This document shows positions 1 to 10,078 of a stretch of DNA of 64,000 nucleotides, in pieces. The translations under genes were made by a program, and so were the position numbers. The stretch lies in the NCBI GenBank assembly GCA_937912115.1, contig CALDOI010000142.1, positions 2,098 through 66,097 of the forward strand, in the 5' to 3' direction. The notes under the pieces were generated by a model that had not been told where the DNA came from, did not search any database, and worked only from the letters and a program-made list of their open reading frames with translations. Source of the stretch: an uncultured Bacteroidota bacterium. GTDB lineage: Bacteria; Bacteroidota; Bacteroidia; Bacteroidales; F082. How positions within the stretch are numbered: position 1 is the stretch's first letter; every line of letters starts with the position of its first letter.

Positions 1-300
1 AACGGTCTCTCATCATTAACTTCAGTGGGGGGTAAGTTATTCATTCAAAATAATTTTGTACTTTCAGTTTTTTGTGGGCTTTACCCACTAATAAACCGGG
101 GTGGTGTATCTGGCACTTATACAGTTAATGGTAACGCATTAAACCCAACAGAACAAGAGATTATTGACGATGGTGCTTGTCCGCTTCCCCCTGTTCCATT
201 GTCCAACTGGGCAATTTATATTGGTATTTTATTAATTGCTATATTTATGTTTGTTGCTTATAGAAAAAGGGAGACGCGGTTTAGCCATAATAACCTTTAG
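1..300 (+). CDS. 3' end of a surface protein with receptor-L-like/LRR repeats and a C-terminal IPTL-CTERM-like membrane anchor (5'-partial)
   Basis: Frame is open from base 1: NGLSSLTSVGGKLFIQNN..LSVFCGL (L-domain-like repeat), cap YTVNGNALNPTEQEIIDDGAC, then PLPPVPLSNWAIYIGILLIAIFMFVAYRKR (motif, TM helix, basic tail). GTG at 25 is probably an internal codon. Confidence 0.7.
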   Translation, partial: NGLSSLTSVGGKLFIQNNFVLSVFCGLYPLINRGGVSGTYTVNGNALNPTEQEIIDDGACPLPPVPLSNWAIYIGILLIAIFMFVAYRKRETRFSHNNL

Positions 301-310
301 ATTATTAATT

Positions 311-340
311 AAGTCATTCTATAACAGAATGATTTTTATT
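311..340 (+). terminator. Intrinsic terminator
   Basis: Stem TCATTCT, loop ATAAC, stem AGAATGA, followed by TTTTTATT just after the stop at 300. Confidence 0.65.
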
Positions 341-418
341 GGGAATTAACCTGTACGCAATAATTATTGGTTTTATCTAAAATAAACGGATTGTCATCTT
401 GCCGAAGTTCATTGGCTA

Positions 419-598
419 ATAATAAATGGCACGGAAATAAATATAAATGAGTTCAAGGTGTGGCTCAAAAACAAACTACCTAACTATAAAACACCACGCA
501 AATATATCATTCTAGATGACCTGCCAAGAAATGTGATGGGAAAAGTGACTAAAAAAGAATTAGTAAGCCTTTTTAACACTGAAAGCAATAAAGAATAA
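419..598 (+). pseudogene. Remnant C-terminus of an acyl-CoA synthetase (AMP-binding C-terminal domain, MatB/ACSF3-like)
   Basis: Manual translation IINGTEININEFKVWLKNKLPNYKTPRKYIILDDLPRNVMGKVTKKELVSLFNTESNKE* contains the A10 motif LPRNxMGKV. In-frame TAA at 383-385 and no ATG before the conserved block. Confidence 0.75.
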
Positions 599-601
599 TA
601 A

Positions 602-632
602 TAGTTGCTATAGCCGGATTTGTGGCAATTTT
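602..632 (+). terminator. Probable intrinsic terminator of the lost acyl-CoA synthetase gene
   Basis: TTGCTATA pairs with TGTGGCAA (two G-U pairs on the + strand), followed by TTTT. Confidence 0.5.
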
Positions 633-637
633 CCCTC

Positions 638-679
638 AATCTAAAACCCTGAACTCAGAACCCAAAACTCAAAACTCAA
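638..679. repeat. Degenerate heptamer tandem array, consensus AACYCAA x6
   Basis: AATCTAA AACCCTG AACTCAG AACCCAA AACTCAA AACTCAA, next to the stop of the minus-strand gene. Confidence 0.8.
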
Positions 680-681
680 TA

Positions 682-1059
682 CTATTCAACTTCTACAAGT
701 ACTTCTTCACTTTGCCATAAACCATGCTTTGTACAAAAAGCCATGGCAGTAAGCTTCAAATTTTTATTTGGTACAATGTGGAAATCCACTTCTGCATGAC
801 CCGGCATATTCCCAAGTGTTCCTGGTGCAAATGATGCCTGACCTAACATAAACTCTCCGTTCCATAATTGAATGTATGCTATGTAATGATCAAAATCATC
901 GGGATGAACATACTCATCACCCAATTTTACTTTTACAGTAAATTTTTGTCCCTTTAAAGTTTTCGCATCACAATGTACAAATGGTGAATGACGATCGATG
1001 TAATCTTTTTTTGCTTCTCTGTCGATTGTTGAAATGTCAACGTATCTGTTAATTTTCAT
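682..1059 (-). CDS. Class II superoxide reductase-like (SORL/neelaredoxin-type) protein
   Basis: DRHSP, HPDDFDHYIAYIQL and FCTKHGLW iron-ligand motifs; single domain of 125 aa. Confidence 0.85.
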   Translation of the reverse strand: MKINRYVDISTIDREAKKDYIDRHSPFVHCDAKTLKGQKFTVKVKLGDEYVHPDDFDHYIAYIQLWNGEFMLGQASFAPGTLGNMPGHAEVDFHIVPNKNLKLTAMAFCTKHGLWQSEEVLVEVE

Positions 1060-1093
1060 GTCTATAATATTTATTTATAATAATTCTAAATTG

Positions 1094-1124
1094 CAAATTT
1101 AATTGTTTTAATTAATAAACCAAA
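1094..1124 (-). promoter_or_regulatory. Bacteroidota housekeeping promoter (-33 TTTG, -7 TAAATTTG)
   Basis: Minus strand: TTTG (1124-1121), 19-nt spacer, TAAATTTG (1101-1094), 35 nt upstream of the SORL start. Confidence 0.7.
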
Positions 1125-1141
1125 ATATTGTTTAGCTACAT

Positions 1142-1918
1142 TTATCCAAAGATGGATTTTACCATTCCACCATCGTGAGTAATTGTTTGCCCTGTTACAT
1201 ATCTTGATAGTGGTGATAATAACCAACATGCCAGACTAGCCATTTCTTCAGGCTTACCCATTTCGCCAACAGGTACTTCACGTTCGAAGGCCAGCTTAGC
1301 TTCTTCATAAGTAATGTTTTCTAATTCTGATTTCTTCACAAATAGGCGCTCCATTGCTCCGGTGCTATGGTAACCAGGAGCAAGTATATTAGCTGTAATA
1401 CCCATGGTTGCAACTTCCTGCGAAAGAGTTTTAACAAACCCTACAATTGCTGGCCTTAGCGAGTTACTTAGCACAAGATTTTTAATGGGTTCTTTAACAG
1501 AAACGCTTTCGATAAATAATAATCTTCCATATTTCTGTTTCTTGAAAATAGGCATGATTTTATAAGATAAGTCGATTTTCCACCTAACTATAGTTTCCCA
1601 AGCCTTGTCCCACATCTGTATATTTACATCATTAACTCCACCGGCTGGGGGACCGGAAGCATTAAAAACTATCCCGGAAATTGTTTTTTCTGCACACCAA
1701 TCAATAATTTTTTGTTGAACAATTGGATCCATAATATCACCACATAAATAGTCAATATTAATCGGGAATTTATCTTTCAATAATACCAGTTTTTCAACTG
1801 TTCTACTTATGGCTAATACTATTGCTCCTTCAGATGCAAGCTGTTCAGCAATTGCTTTACCAAACCCACTTCCTGCCCCACCTACAACGAAGTATTTGTT
1901 TTCAATATTTAGATTCAT
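1142..1918 (-). CDS. SDR family oxidoreductase (FabG-like)
   Basis: GAGSGFG Rossmann motif, NASGPPAG, LVLSNSLRPA, GITANILAPG, YVTGQTITHDGG. Confidence 0.9.
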   Translation of the reverse strand: MNLNIENKYFVVGGAGSGFGKAIAEQLASEGAIVLAISRTVEKLVLLKDKFPINIDYLCGDIMDPIVQQKIIDWCAEKTISGIVFNASGPPAGGVNDVNIQMWDKAWETIVRWKIDLSYKIMPIFKKQKYGRLLFIESVSVKEPIKNLVLSNSLRPAIVGFVKTLSQEVATMGITANILAPGYHSTGAMERLFVKKSELENITYEEAKLAFEREVPVGEMGKPEEMASLACWLLSPLSRYVTGQTITHDGGMVKSIFG

Positions 1919-1934
1919 AATAAAATAATTTTGG

Positions 1935-1942
1935 CAAAGGTA
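1935..1942 (-). promoter_or_regulatory. -7 promoter element TACCTTTG
   Basis: Exact TAnnTTTG on the minus strand, 17 nt upstream of the SDR start. Confidence 0.6.
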
Positions 1943-2094
1943 TAAACAGTTTTGTTTAAAAACGAAAACTAACCTTCACATTCTTATCCTGAAAAATAAT
2001 AATTACATCCATCACCTTCAAAGTCAATGCAAGAATTAATTTTATTACATTTACACCATCTGCAAAAATATTTTCGTTACTAATTTAATCTTTA

Positions 2095-5000
2095 ATGAAA
2101 TCAGAACCAACCAACCAAGAATTAAAGGATGAAATTAAGTTGCTTAAAATGCAATTATCTGAAAAAACCACACTAGAAGATTATCAACCTTTCTTTGATA
2201 ATAATGTGGCCATTATACTACTTGTTAATCCAGATAATCAAAATATAATTTATGCGAATGAAGCAGCGGCTAGTTTTTATGGCTACACAATTGAGCAATT
2301 ATGTAACTTGAAAATCAGCGATATAAATACTTTAACTTCAGAAGAGATTAAAATCAAAATTGCTGATGCAAGAAAAAATAAACAAAATTACTTTGTATTT
2401 AAACATAGAACTTCAAACGGTGGAATACGTGATGTGGAAGAATATCAAACGAAATTAAAACTTGGTAATAAAGATGTATTCTCAATTATTGTGCATGATG
2501 TTACCCAACGAATAGAAGCTGAAAATAATCTGTTTTTATCCGAAAAAAGATATAGAGAGTATTTCGAAAAAGACATTTCAGGAGTATATACAACCACACC
2601 TGAGGGGAAATTAATTGACTGTAATAATGCTTTTGCAAATATGCTTGGCTATACTGTTGACGAAATAAAACAAATTCACACCTCAATACATTATTCAAAA
2701 AAGGATTTGAGGAATAAAATAATTGATAAACTCGAAAAACATAAGAGTTTGTTCAATATTGAAATAGAACTAATTACAAAAGATGGTGGAAAAATTCACT
2801 GTATTGAAAACGTTACCGGAATATTCGACAATAATAATAAACTAGTACAGTTTCAGGGTTATATAATTGATATCTCCAAGCGTAAAAAAGCAGAAAATGC
2901 ACTGAAAGAAAGTGAGGCTAGATTTAAACGATTATTTGAAGATCTTGGGGATGCAGTTTATGTAACTAAACTAGGTGGTGAAGATAAGGGCGATATACTT
3001 GAAGTGAATGCGACAGCTGTTAAACAGTCTGGGTATTCGAAAAAGGAGTTGCTTCAAATGAATATCATTGAAGATTTATTCGTTGAAGGGTCAGGAGAAA
3101 TGGACAACAATGCATTAGACCTAAGACTTCAAGAAAATGAAATAGTTACATTTATTGAGAAAAAAAGAAGGAAGGATGGAAGCGAATACTGGACTGAGGT
3201 AACGGTAACCCCAATTGAGTTTAATGGGCCACCAGCAAGCCTTGCAATTAATCGCGATATCACCAATCGTATACTTGCAAGTGAAGCCCTCGAAGAAAGT
3301 GAAAAAAAGTTCCGCGATCTATTTGAGCAATCGGGAGATGCATTTTTAATAATTAAAAATAGAAACTTCATCGATTGTAATAAGGCTGTTGTTGAAATGC
3401 TAGGATATAAGAATAGAGATGAGGTTATTAACGTACATCCTTCAGTATTATCCCCGGAATTTCAACCCGATGGCCGATCTTCAGCAGAAAAAGCTGACGA
3501 CATGATGATGACAGCCATTAATAAAGGTACTCATCGTTTCGAATGGGATCACCTAAAAAGTAATGGCGAGATTTTTCCCGTTGAAGTACTATTAACAGCA
3601 ATCTCAAAAGCACCGGGTAATGAAATCATTCATACTGTGTGGAGAGATATAAGCGAACAAAACAAGATAAAAAGAGAGTTAATTGAAGCTAAAGAAAAGG
3701 CCGAGAAAAATGAAAAAAAGTTCCGGGAACTATATGAAAAGTCGGGTGATGCTATATTTATTGTGGAAAATGAAAGGTTTATAAATTGCAACCAGGCAAC
3801 GACAGAGCTTTTCAAATACAATAATAAAGAAGATTTTTATAATTTACACCCTTCAGAAGTATCTCCCGAATATCAACCAGATGGTGAGCTATCATTAACT
3901 AAGTCGATAAGAATGATGCAGACAGCAATAAAAAATGGAACTCATCGCTTTGATTGGCTGCATAAAAAGAATAATGGAGATTTGTTTCCCGTTGAGGTAT
4001 TATTAACAGCAATCTCTACCGATTCAAAAAAGCAAATAATCCATGCAGTTTGCAGGGATATTAGTGAACGAAAGAAAATTCAAAATGAACTAGTATATGC
4101 AAAAGAAAAAGCAGAGGAAAGTGACAGACTAAAATCAGCTTTTTTAGCAAATATGAGTCACGAAATTCGTACTCCAATGAATGGCATACTTGGCTTCGCA
4201 AGCCTTCTGAAACTTCCTGACTTAAAAAAAGAACAAATTACAGACTATGTTACTGTAATAGAAAAGAGTGGACTTCGGATGCTAAATATCATTAATGATA
4301 TAATGGATATCTCGAAAATTGAAGCCGGACAAATGGAAGTTAATAATTCATACTGCAATGTTAATAAGCAAATAGATGACATATACTCATTCTTTAAGCC
4401 GGAAGCCGTAAAAGCCGGATTAGAACTATCAACCAGCAAGGCATTTGAAAACGAAGATGCAATTACTTATACTGACTATGAAAAACTATATGCCGTTTTA
4501 GTTAATCTAATAAAGAACTCAATAAAATACAGTCACTATGGTAGTATTAACTTTGGGTACTTTAAGGTTGATAATGAGTTAGTATTTTTTGTTAGAGATA
4601 CAGGAATTGGGATACCTAAGAATCGCCAGGATGCTATTTTTGAACGATTTGTTCAGGCAGATATTGAGGACACAAAGGTTTACGAAGGAGCAGGATTAGG
4701 GTTGTCAATTTCAAAAGCATATGTTGAGATGCTTAATGGTAGAATTTGGTTAGAATCGGAAGAAGGAAAAGGAAGCAATTTCTATTTTACAATACCCTAT
4801 GTTACAAAAACTCCCGACACAAAAGTTGTTGAAGACAAAGTTATTGAAACTCATACAAAAACTAAACTACCAAAAAAATTAAATATACTAATAGCTGATG
4901 ATGAAGAAATTGCCAGCTCTTTTTTACAAATAGTACTAAAGGATTGTGCAAATAATATATACTATGCCAAAGATGGTTATGAGGCAATAAACATTTGTAA

Positions 5001-5166
5001 AAATAACCCTGACCTAGACTTAATTTTAATGGATATAAAAATGCCATTGCTGGATGGATACTCTGTTACTCGTGAAATTCGGAAGGTTAACAATCAAATA
5101 AAGATAATTGCACAAACCGCATATGCATTACCTGGAGATAGCAGCAAAGCAATTAAGGCAGGGTGA
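2095..5166 (+). CDS. Cytoplasmic multi-PAS hybrid histidine kinase (5 PAS-HisKA-HATPase-REC); receiver interrupted by TGA, homologous frame continues to 5238
   Basis: Five PAS/PAC repeats, H-box [20 protein letters not shown] and [18 protein letters not shown]. Ends ...AIKAG-TGA-NDYISKPINKDELITKVQNLFLK-TAA. Confidence 0.9.
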   Translation: MKSEPTNQELKDEIKLLKMQLSEKTTLEDYQPFFDNNVAIILLVNPDNQNIIYANEAAASFYGYTIEQLCNLKISDINTLTSEEIKIKIADARKNKQNYFVFKHRTSNGGIRDVEEYQTKLKLGNKDVFSIIVHDVTQRIEAENNLFLSEKRYREYFEKDISGVYTTTPEGKLIDCNNAFANMLGYTVDEIKQIHTSIHYSKKDLRNKIIDKLEKHKSLFNIEIELITKDGGKIHCIENVTGIFDNNNKLVQFQGYIIDISKRKKAENALKESEARFKRLFEDLGDAVYVTKLGGEDKGDILEVNATAVKQSGYSKKELLQMNIIEDLFVEGSGEMDNNALDLRLQENEIVTFIEKKRRKDGSEYWTEVTVTPIEFNGPPASLAINRDITNRILASEALEESEKKFRDLFEQSGDAFLIIKNRNFIDCNKAVVEMLGYKNRDEVINVHPSVLSPEFQPDGRSSAEKADDMMMTAINKGTHRFEWDHLKSNGEIFPVEVLLTAISKAPGNEIIHTVWRDISEQNKIKRELIEAKEKAEKNEKKFRELYEKSGDAIFIVENERFINCNQATTELFKYNNKEDFYNLHPSEVSPEYQPDGELSLTKSIRMMQTAIKNGTHRFDWLHKKNNGDLFPVEVLLTAISTDSKKQIIHAVCRDISERKKIQNELVYAKEKAEESDRLKSAFLANMSHEIRTPMNGILGFASLLKLPDLKKEQITDYVTVIEKSGLRMLNIINDIMDISKIEAGQMEVNNSYCNVNKQIDDIYSFFKPEAVKAGLELSTSKAFENEDAITYTDYEKLYAVLVNLIKNSIKYSHYGSINFGYFKVDNELVFFVRDTGIGIPKNRQDAIFERFVQADIEDTKVYEGAGLGLSISKAYVEMLNGRIWLESEEGKGSNFYFTIPYVTKTPDTKVVEDKVIETHTKTKLPKKLNILIADDEEIASSFLQIVLKDCANNIYYAKDGYEAINICKNNPDLDLILMDIKMPLLDGYSVTREIRKVNNQIKIIAQTAYALPGDSSKAIKAG

Positions 5167-5297
5167 AACGATTATATTTCAAAACCAATTAATAAAGACG
5201 AGCTTATTACAAAAGTTCAAAATCTCTTTTTAAAATAACTATTGATATTAAGTGAATTGCGGGATCGATTTTCTTATTTATTAATACAGACTATCAT

Positions 5298-6317
5298 ATG
5301 AATAAACAACCATCATATACAAACGATCAGTTAACTCAAAAAGTCGCTGAATTAACTGATGAACTCAATAAATTAAAGGAATATTATAAGCAGTCTCAAC
5401 CAATTCTTGGGAATTCAGGTGGTGATATAAAAGATATTGTTGTTTGGAAAATGGATGAAAAAGGACGTTACACTTACTTAAGTCCAAATGTAGAAGTTGT
5501 ATTGGGATACAAACCAGAAGAAATGTTAGGAACAATGGGGCTTACATACTTCCGTGCAGAAGATGTACCTCAAATACAGAAAAAAATGAAGGCCAGAATA
5601 GATGGCAATAGGGAACCTTCTGAATTTATTATGGTTGCCAAAGATGGCTCTCTAATAGATATGGAACTATATTCAGTTTCAATCAAAGACCAAAATGAGA
5701 ATATAGTCGGATTCTCGGGAATTGCACGTAACATTAGTGATCGCAAGCTTGCAGAGAAAAACAATAAAAAGAACGAAAAAAAAATAATACAGGAAAAGGA
5801 ATTCACCGAACAAGTGATAAATGCACTTCCCGGATTGTTTTATCAGATAAGTACTGAAGGTAAATTTATCAATTGGAATAAGAATTTTGAAACAATTACG
5901 GGATATTCCGCAACCGAAATCAAGCAACTTAGTCCCATTGAACTATTTGAAGGTGATGATAAAAAACATATAGCTGATAGGATACAGGAATCATTTTCAG
6001 TTGGAAACTCCCATGCATATGCGAATTTAATTTCCAAAAAAGGCTTCAGTACTCCCTATTATTGGACCGGAAAAACAATAATAATAAACAACGAACCATT
6101 CTTAATTGGAATGGGGACGGATATTTCGGAGTTAAAAAATATTGAAAATGAATTAATGAAACATCAGGAGCAGCTTGAAGAACTTGTTAAAGAAAGAACT
6201 AAGGATTTGGAGATTAGAAATAACGAACTTGACAGTGCTATAAAGGTTTTTGTTGGCAGGGAGATTCTAATTAGAGATATGCAAAATCGCATTGCTGCAT
6301 TGGAAAGTGACAAGTAA
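5298..6317 (+). CDS. PAS-PAS protein with terminal coiled coils and no output domain
   Basis: Two PAS folds (YLSPNVEVVLGYKPEEMLG; WNKNFETITGYSATEI), then LEELVKERTKDLE...VFVGREILIRDMQNRIAALE. No H-box. Confidence 0.8.
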   Translation: MNKQPSYTNDQLTQKVAELTDELNKLKEYYKQSQPILGNSGGDIKDIVVWKMDEKGRYTYLSPNVEVVLGYKPEEMLGTMGLTYFRAEDVPQIQKKMKARIDGNREPSEFIMVAKDGSLIDMELYSVSIKDQNENIVGFSGIARNISDRKLAEKNNKKNEKKIIQEKEFTEQVINALPGLFYQISTEGKFINWNKNFETITGYSATEIKQLSPIELFEGDDKKHIADRIQESFSVGNSHAYANLISKKGFSTPYYWTGKTIIINNEPFLIGMGTDISELKNIENELMKHQEQLEELVKERTKDLEIRNNELDSAIKVFVGREILIRDMQNRIAALESDK

Positions 6318-6391
6318 ACCACTTCCTCCAAAAATATAATCAGCTTAGCAAATTATCAATAATGTATAATTAATACGTTAAAAAAAAAAGC

Positions 6392-9300
6392 ATGAAATTA
6401 TATAGTTTTAAAAGTATAAGAACACGATTAACATTTTGGTTTCTGATATTAACACTTATTCCCTTATTAGTTGTGTTGATAATTACATATTTTCAGCGTA
6501 TTGATGCCATTAAAAATCAAACAATTGACAAACTCGTTGCAATACGCGATTTAAAAGCCGAGCAAATAAATGTGTGGTTAACAGAAAGAGTTGCAGATAT
6601 GAATACTCTATCGATTGATAGTGATATTACCAGTGTTGAAAATTTGTTTGACAATAAAAAGAATGATAATAGTGACACTGAATTACTTCTCAAAATTCAA
6701 AACCATCTAGAGAATTTTGTAAAAAATTATTCGGCATATAGTGAACTATTTATACTAAATCCACAAAACGGAAAGATTGTAATTTCAACTCGAAAATATG
6801 CTATTGGTGAGGACAAATCAACAAATGAGTATTTTACAGAACCCATGAAAACACATAAGCTATCAATTAAGGATATTTATTACTCAAATACATTGTCTGA
6901 AATTTCAATGGCATATTCAATTCCTATTTTTGATGCGGAAAACAAGAATATAATTGTAGGCATCCTTGTTGCCCGGGTAGATTTAGATAACTCATTATTT
7001 CGATTATTATTCGACCGCATTGGTCTTGGAAAAACAGGTGAGACATTAATTGTTAACGAGGATATACTAGCATTGAATATATTACGATGGTACAACAATG
7101 CCCCATTAAATCTTAAGATAAAAGCTCTACCAGCCCTAAATGCATCAAAGGGACAAACAGGGGTTATAGAAACGCAAGATTATCGAGGTGAAGAAGTTCT
7201 TGCTGCCTATACCTATATCCCTCAAACCAAGTGGGGTTTTGTTTGCAAACAGGATATGAGTGAAGTAAATGCATCGATCGATATCATGATCCTGAATTTC
7301 ATATTAATATTTATAGTTGCATCAATAATAATTACACTAATTGCCATTAGCATAAGCAAATCTATTTCGAAATCTATTGTGGCAATGAACGTTGTTGCTA
7401 AAAAAATCAGAAGTGGAAACTTTTCTATTCGAAATAAAATTACATCACAAGACGAATTGGGTTTGCTCGCTTTGGAGTTCAATAATATGGCCGAAATGAC
7501 TGAGTCAAGAATAAATGTTCAGCAGGGAATATCACAGATCACAGAAATTATGATTGGAAGAACATCAATGAATGATTTCGGATTATCATTATTAAAAGAA
7601 CTCAAAAAAATATCAGGGGCAAATATTTGTACGTTTTATATATTGAATGAAGCCGACCAGTTATTTGAACATCTTGTTTCAATTGGAGCCAATAAAGAAC
7701 TTTTGGAACCATTTGACTCGAGTTATACAGAAGGTGATTTTGGTAATGCGATTTCATCAAAAAGTATTTACTATTTACAAAATATTCCTGCAAATACAAT
7801 TTTCAAGTATAAAACAATAGCAGGCACAACCATTCCAAAAGAATTGATTACCATCCCAATAATAGTTGATAATACTGTAGTGGCAACTATTTCACTGGCT
7901 AAAATAAGCAGTTTTAGCATCGATTGTCATGATATAATAAATAAATCTTGGGATAATATAAATACTTCATACTCAAACTTAATTTCCAGCGAAAGAACAA
8001 GGATTTTTGCTGATCATCTTTCAAGAATAAACAAACAGCTTGAGGTAAAATCGCAAGAACTTGAAAAGCAAACCTCTGAAATGAAAAAACAAGCTGAGGA
8101 ATTATACAATGCTTCCAGAGAGCTCCAAATTCAAAATATTGAACTTGAATCGCAAAAAATGCAGGTTATGACTGCAAACAGGTTAAAAAGCGAATTTCTT
8201 TCGAATATGAGTCATGAATTGCGCACTCCATTAAACTCAATAATGGCATTGTCGAGTGTATTAATTACTGATACCAAAAGCAAACTTAATAAAGATGAAA
8301 GCAATTACTTAAGCATTATCGAGCGAAATGGAAAAAGACTGCTTAATCTTATTAACGATATCCTCGATTTGTCGAAAATTGAAGCTGGTAAAATAGAAAT
8401 AATTCCCGCTTATATCTCAATTGAAAATCTTATTAAATTGGTAACTGAAAATGTACAATCAATTTCCGACAATAAAGGCATATCCATAAATCTGGAAATC
8501 CCCAAGAATCTACCACGTATCCAAACAGATGAATCAAGATTACATCAGGTATTAATAAATATTGTTAGCAATGCAATTAAATTTACTGACAAGGGTAGTG
8601 TTGATATTATTGTAAAAAATCAACAAAACAATATTATTATCGAAATAAAAGATACAGGAATTGGAATATCTGAAAATATTCTTCCACATGTTTTTGACGA
8701 ATTTCGTCAGGCTGATGGAACTTCATCTCGTAAATATGAAGGAACAGGGCTGGGATTGGCAATAGCCAGGAAGATGATTGAAATTTTGGGAGGAAGTATT
8801 AGTGCTGAAAGCGAGTTAGGGATTGGGTCTACATTTAGTGTTTCAATTCCAGTTAGTTGGCATGGGCGTAAATCTATCGACAAGCCAACCATTTCAAGCA
8901 ATGTAGTTATCAAAAAAGCGAACAATACCATTCTTGTTGTTGACGACAACCCGGAAGTAATAGCCGATATTTCAAATTACCTGGATCAATGTGGATATAA
9001 TACCATATCAGCAACAAATGGTATGGAGGCAATTAAACTGGCAAACAAATATAAGCCCATAGCAATAACCTTAGATATTGTAATGCCGGAAATGGATGGA
9101 TGGGAAGTTCTTCAACAGCTTAAATCAAATAATGAGACTACTAATATACCAGTAATTGTGGTCTCTGTTTCTGAAGATAGAGATACTGGTTTTGCACTTG
9201 GAGCAATAAGTTACCTGAACAAACCTATCGATAAAAATTTGCTAATATCAGAAATCAGGAAAATCAATAAATCACCGGGAATAGTAATGATTGTAGATGA

Positions 9301-10078
9301 CGATGAGTTTGACCTAAAGCGAATGGCAGACATGATGAAAGCTCAAAATATATCTACAATTCTTGCAGTTAGTGGTCAGGAATGCATAGACAAAATTGAA
9401 AATGTAATTCCCGACATTCTTGTACTTGATTTGCTGATGCCAGACATTGATGGATTTAAAGTATTGCATCAAGTAAAGAATAAACCACAAACAAAAGACT
9501 TACCGATTATTGTTGTAACAGCCAAAGATATAACACAAGATGACAGAATGAGATTACAAGGAAATGTTACCTCAATAATAGCGAAAAGTGAGTCCACTCC
9601 AGAAGATTTGTTTGCGGAAATAAAAAGAATAATCGATAACATTGATCACTTTAAAAAACCAAATCAACATAAGGTTAAACCCGGCAAAAAAGAAGCACAA
9701 GTTTTAAATCAATCAAAACAAAAAGACATATTAATACTTGAAGACAATCCAGATAACATGATTACTATTAAGGCAATCCTAAAGGGGAATTATAACCTCT
9801 GGGAAGCAACTAATGGTGAAGAAGGCTTGAAATTTATAGAAATTCATAAGCCTGATTTAATACTACTCGACATGTCACTACCAAATATTAGCGGACAGGA
9901 AATCGTTAGTATACTAAAAGCAGATGATAGAACAAAATCAATTCCCATTATTGCAGTAACTGCACAGGCAATGAGTGGCGACAGAGAAATGATTATAGGT
10001 TATGGCTGTGATGCTTATGTGTCAAAACCCATTGATGGAGTTTTTTTAATAAATGAAATTAACAAATGGCTTCATTAG
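6392..10078 (+). CDS. Membrane hybrid histidine kinase (TM-dCache-TM-HAMP-GAF-HisKA-HATPase-3xREC)
   Basis: Two TM segments flank a Cache-like region ([17 protein letters not shown]); [32 protein letters not shown]; three receiver domains. Confidence 0.9.
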   Translation: MKLYSFKSIRTRLTFWFLILTLIPLLVVLIITYFQRIDAIKNQTIDKLVAIRDLKAEQINVWLTERVADMNTLSIDSDITSVENLFDNKKNDNSDTELLLKIQNHLENFVKNYSAYSELFILNPQNGKIVISTRKYAIGEDKSTNEYFTEPMKTHKLSIKDIYYSNTLSEISMAYSIPIFDAENKNIIVGILVARVDLDNSLFRLLFDRIGLGKTGETLIVNEDILALNILRWYNNAPLNLKIKALPALNASKGQTGVIETQDYRGEEVLAAYTYIPQTKWGFVCKQDMSEVNASIDIMILNFILIFIVASIIITLIAISISKSISKSIVAMNVVAKKIRSGNFSIRNKITSQDELGLLALEFNNMAEMTESRINVQQGISQITEIMIGRTSMNDFGLSLLKELKKISGANICTFYILNEADQLFEHLVSIGANKELLEPFDSSYTEGDFGNAISSKSIYYLQNIPANTIFKYKTIAGTTIPKELITIPIIVDNTVVATISLAKISSFSIDCHDIINKSWDNINTSYSNLISSERTRIFADHLSRINKQLEVKSQELEKQTSEMKKQAEELYNASRELQIQNIELESQKMQVMTANRLKSEFLSNMSHELRTPLNSIMALSSVLITDTKSKLNKDESNYLSIIERNGKRLLNLINDILDLSKIEAGKIEIIPAYISIENLIKLVTENVQSISDNKGISINLEIPKNLPRIQTDESRLHQVLINIVSNAIKFTDKGSVDIIVKNQQNNIIIEIKDTGIGISENILPHVFDEFRQADGTSSRKYEGTGLGLAIARKMIEILGGSISAESELGIGSTFSVSIPVSWHGRKSIDKPTISSNVVIKKANNTILVVDDNPEVIADISNYLDQCGYNTISATNGMEAIKLANKYKPIAITLDIVMPEMDGWEVLQQLKSNNETTNIPVIVVSVSEDRDTGFALGAISYLNKPIDKNLLISEIRKINKSPGIVMIVDDDEFDLKRMADMMKAQNISTILAVSGQECIDKIENVIPDILVLDLLMPDIDGFKVLHQVKNKPQTKDLPIIVVTAKDITQDDRMRLQGNVTSIIAKSESTPEDLFAEIKRIIDNIDHFKKPNQHKVKPGKKEAQVLNQSKQKDILILEDNPDNMITIKAILKGNYNLWEATNGEEGLKFIEIHKPDLILLDMSLPNISGQEIVSILKADDRTKSIPIIAVTAQAMSGDREMIIGYGCDAYVSKPIDGVFLINEINKWLH

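Noticed and set aside
5164..5240. Confident selenoprotein call or genome-wide TGA recoding
   Set aside because: No clear SECIS hairpin after the TGA, no sel genes in the window, and TGA ends other genes normally. Kept only as a testable alternative.
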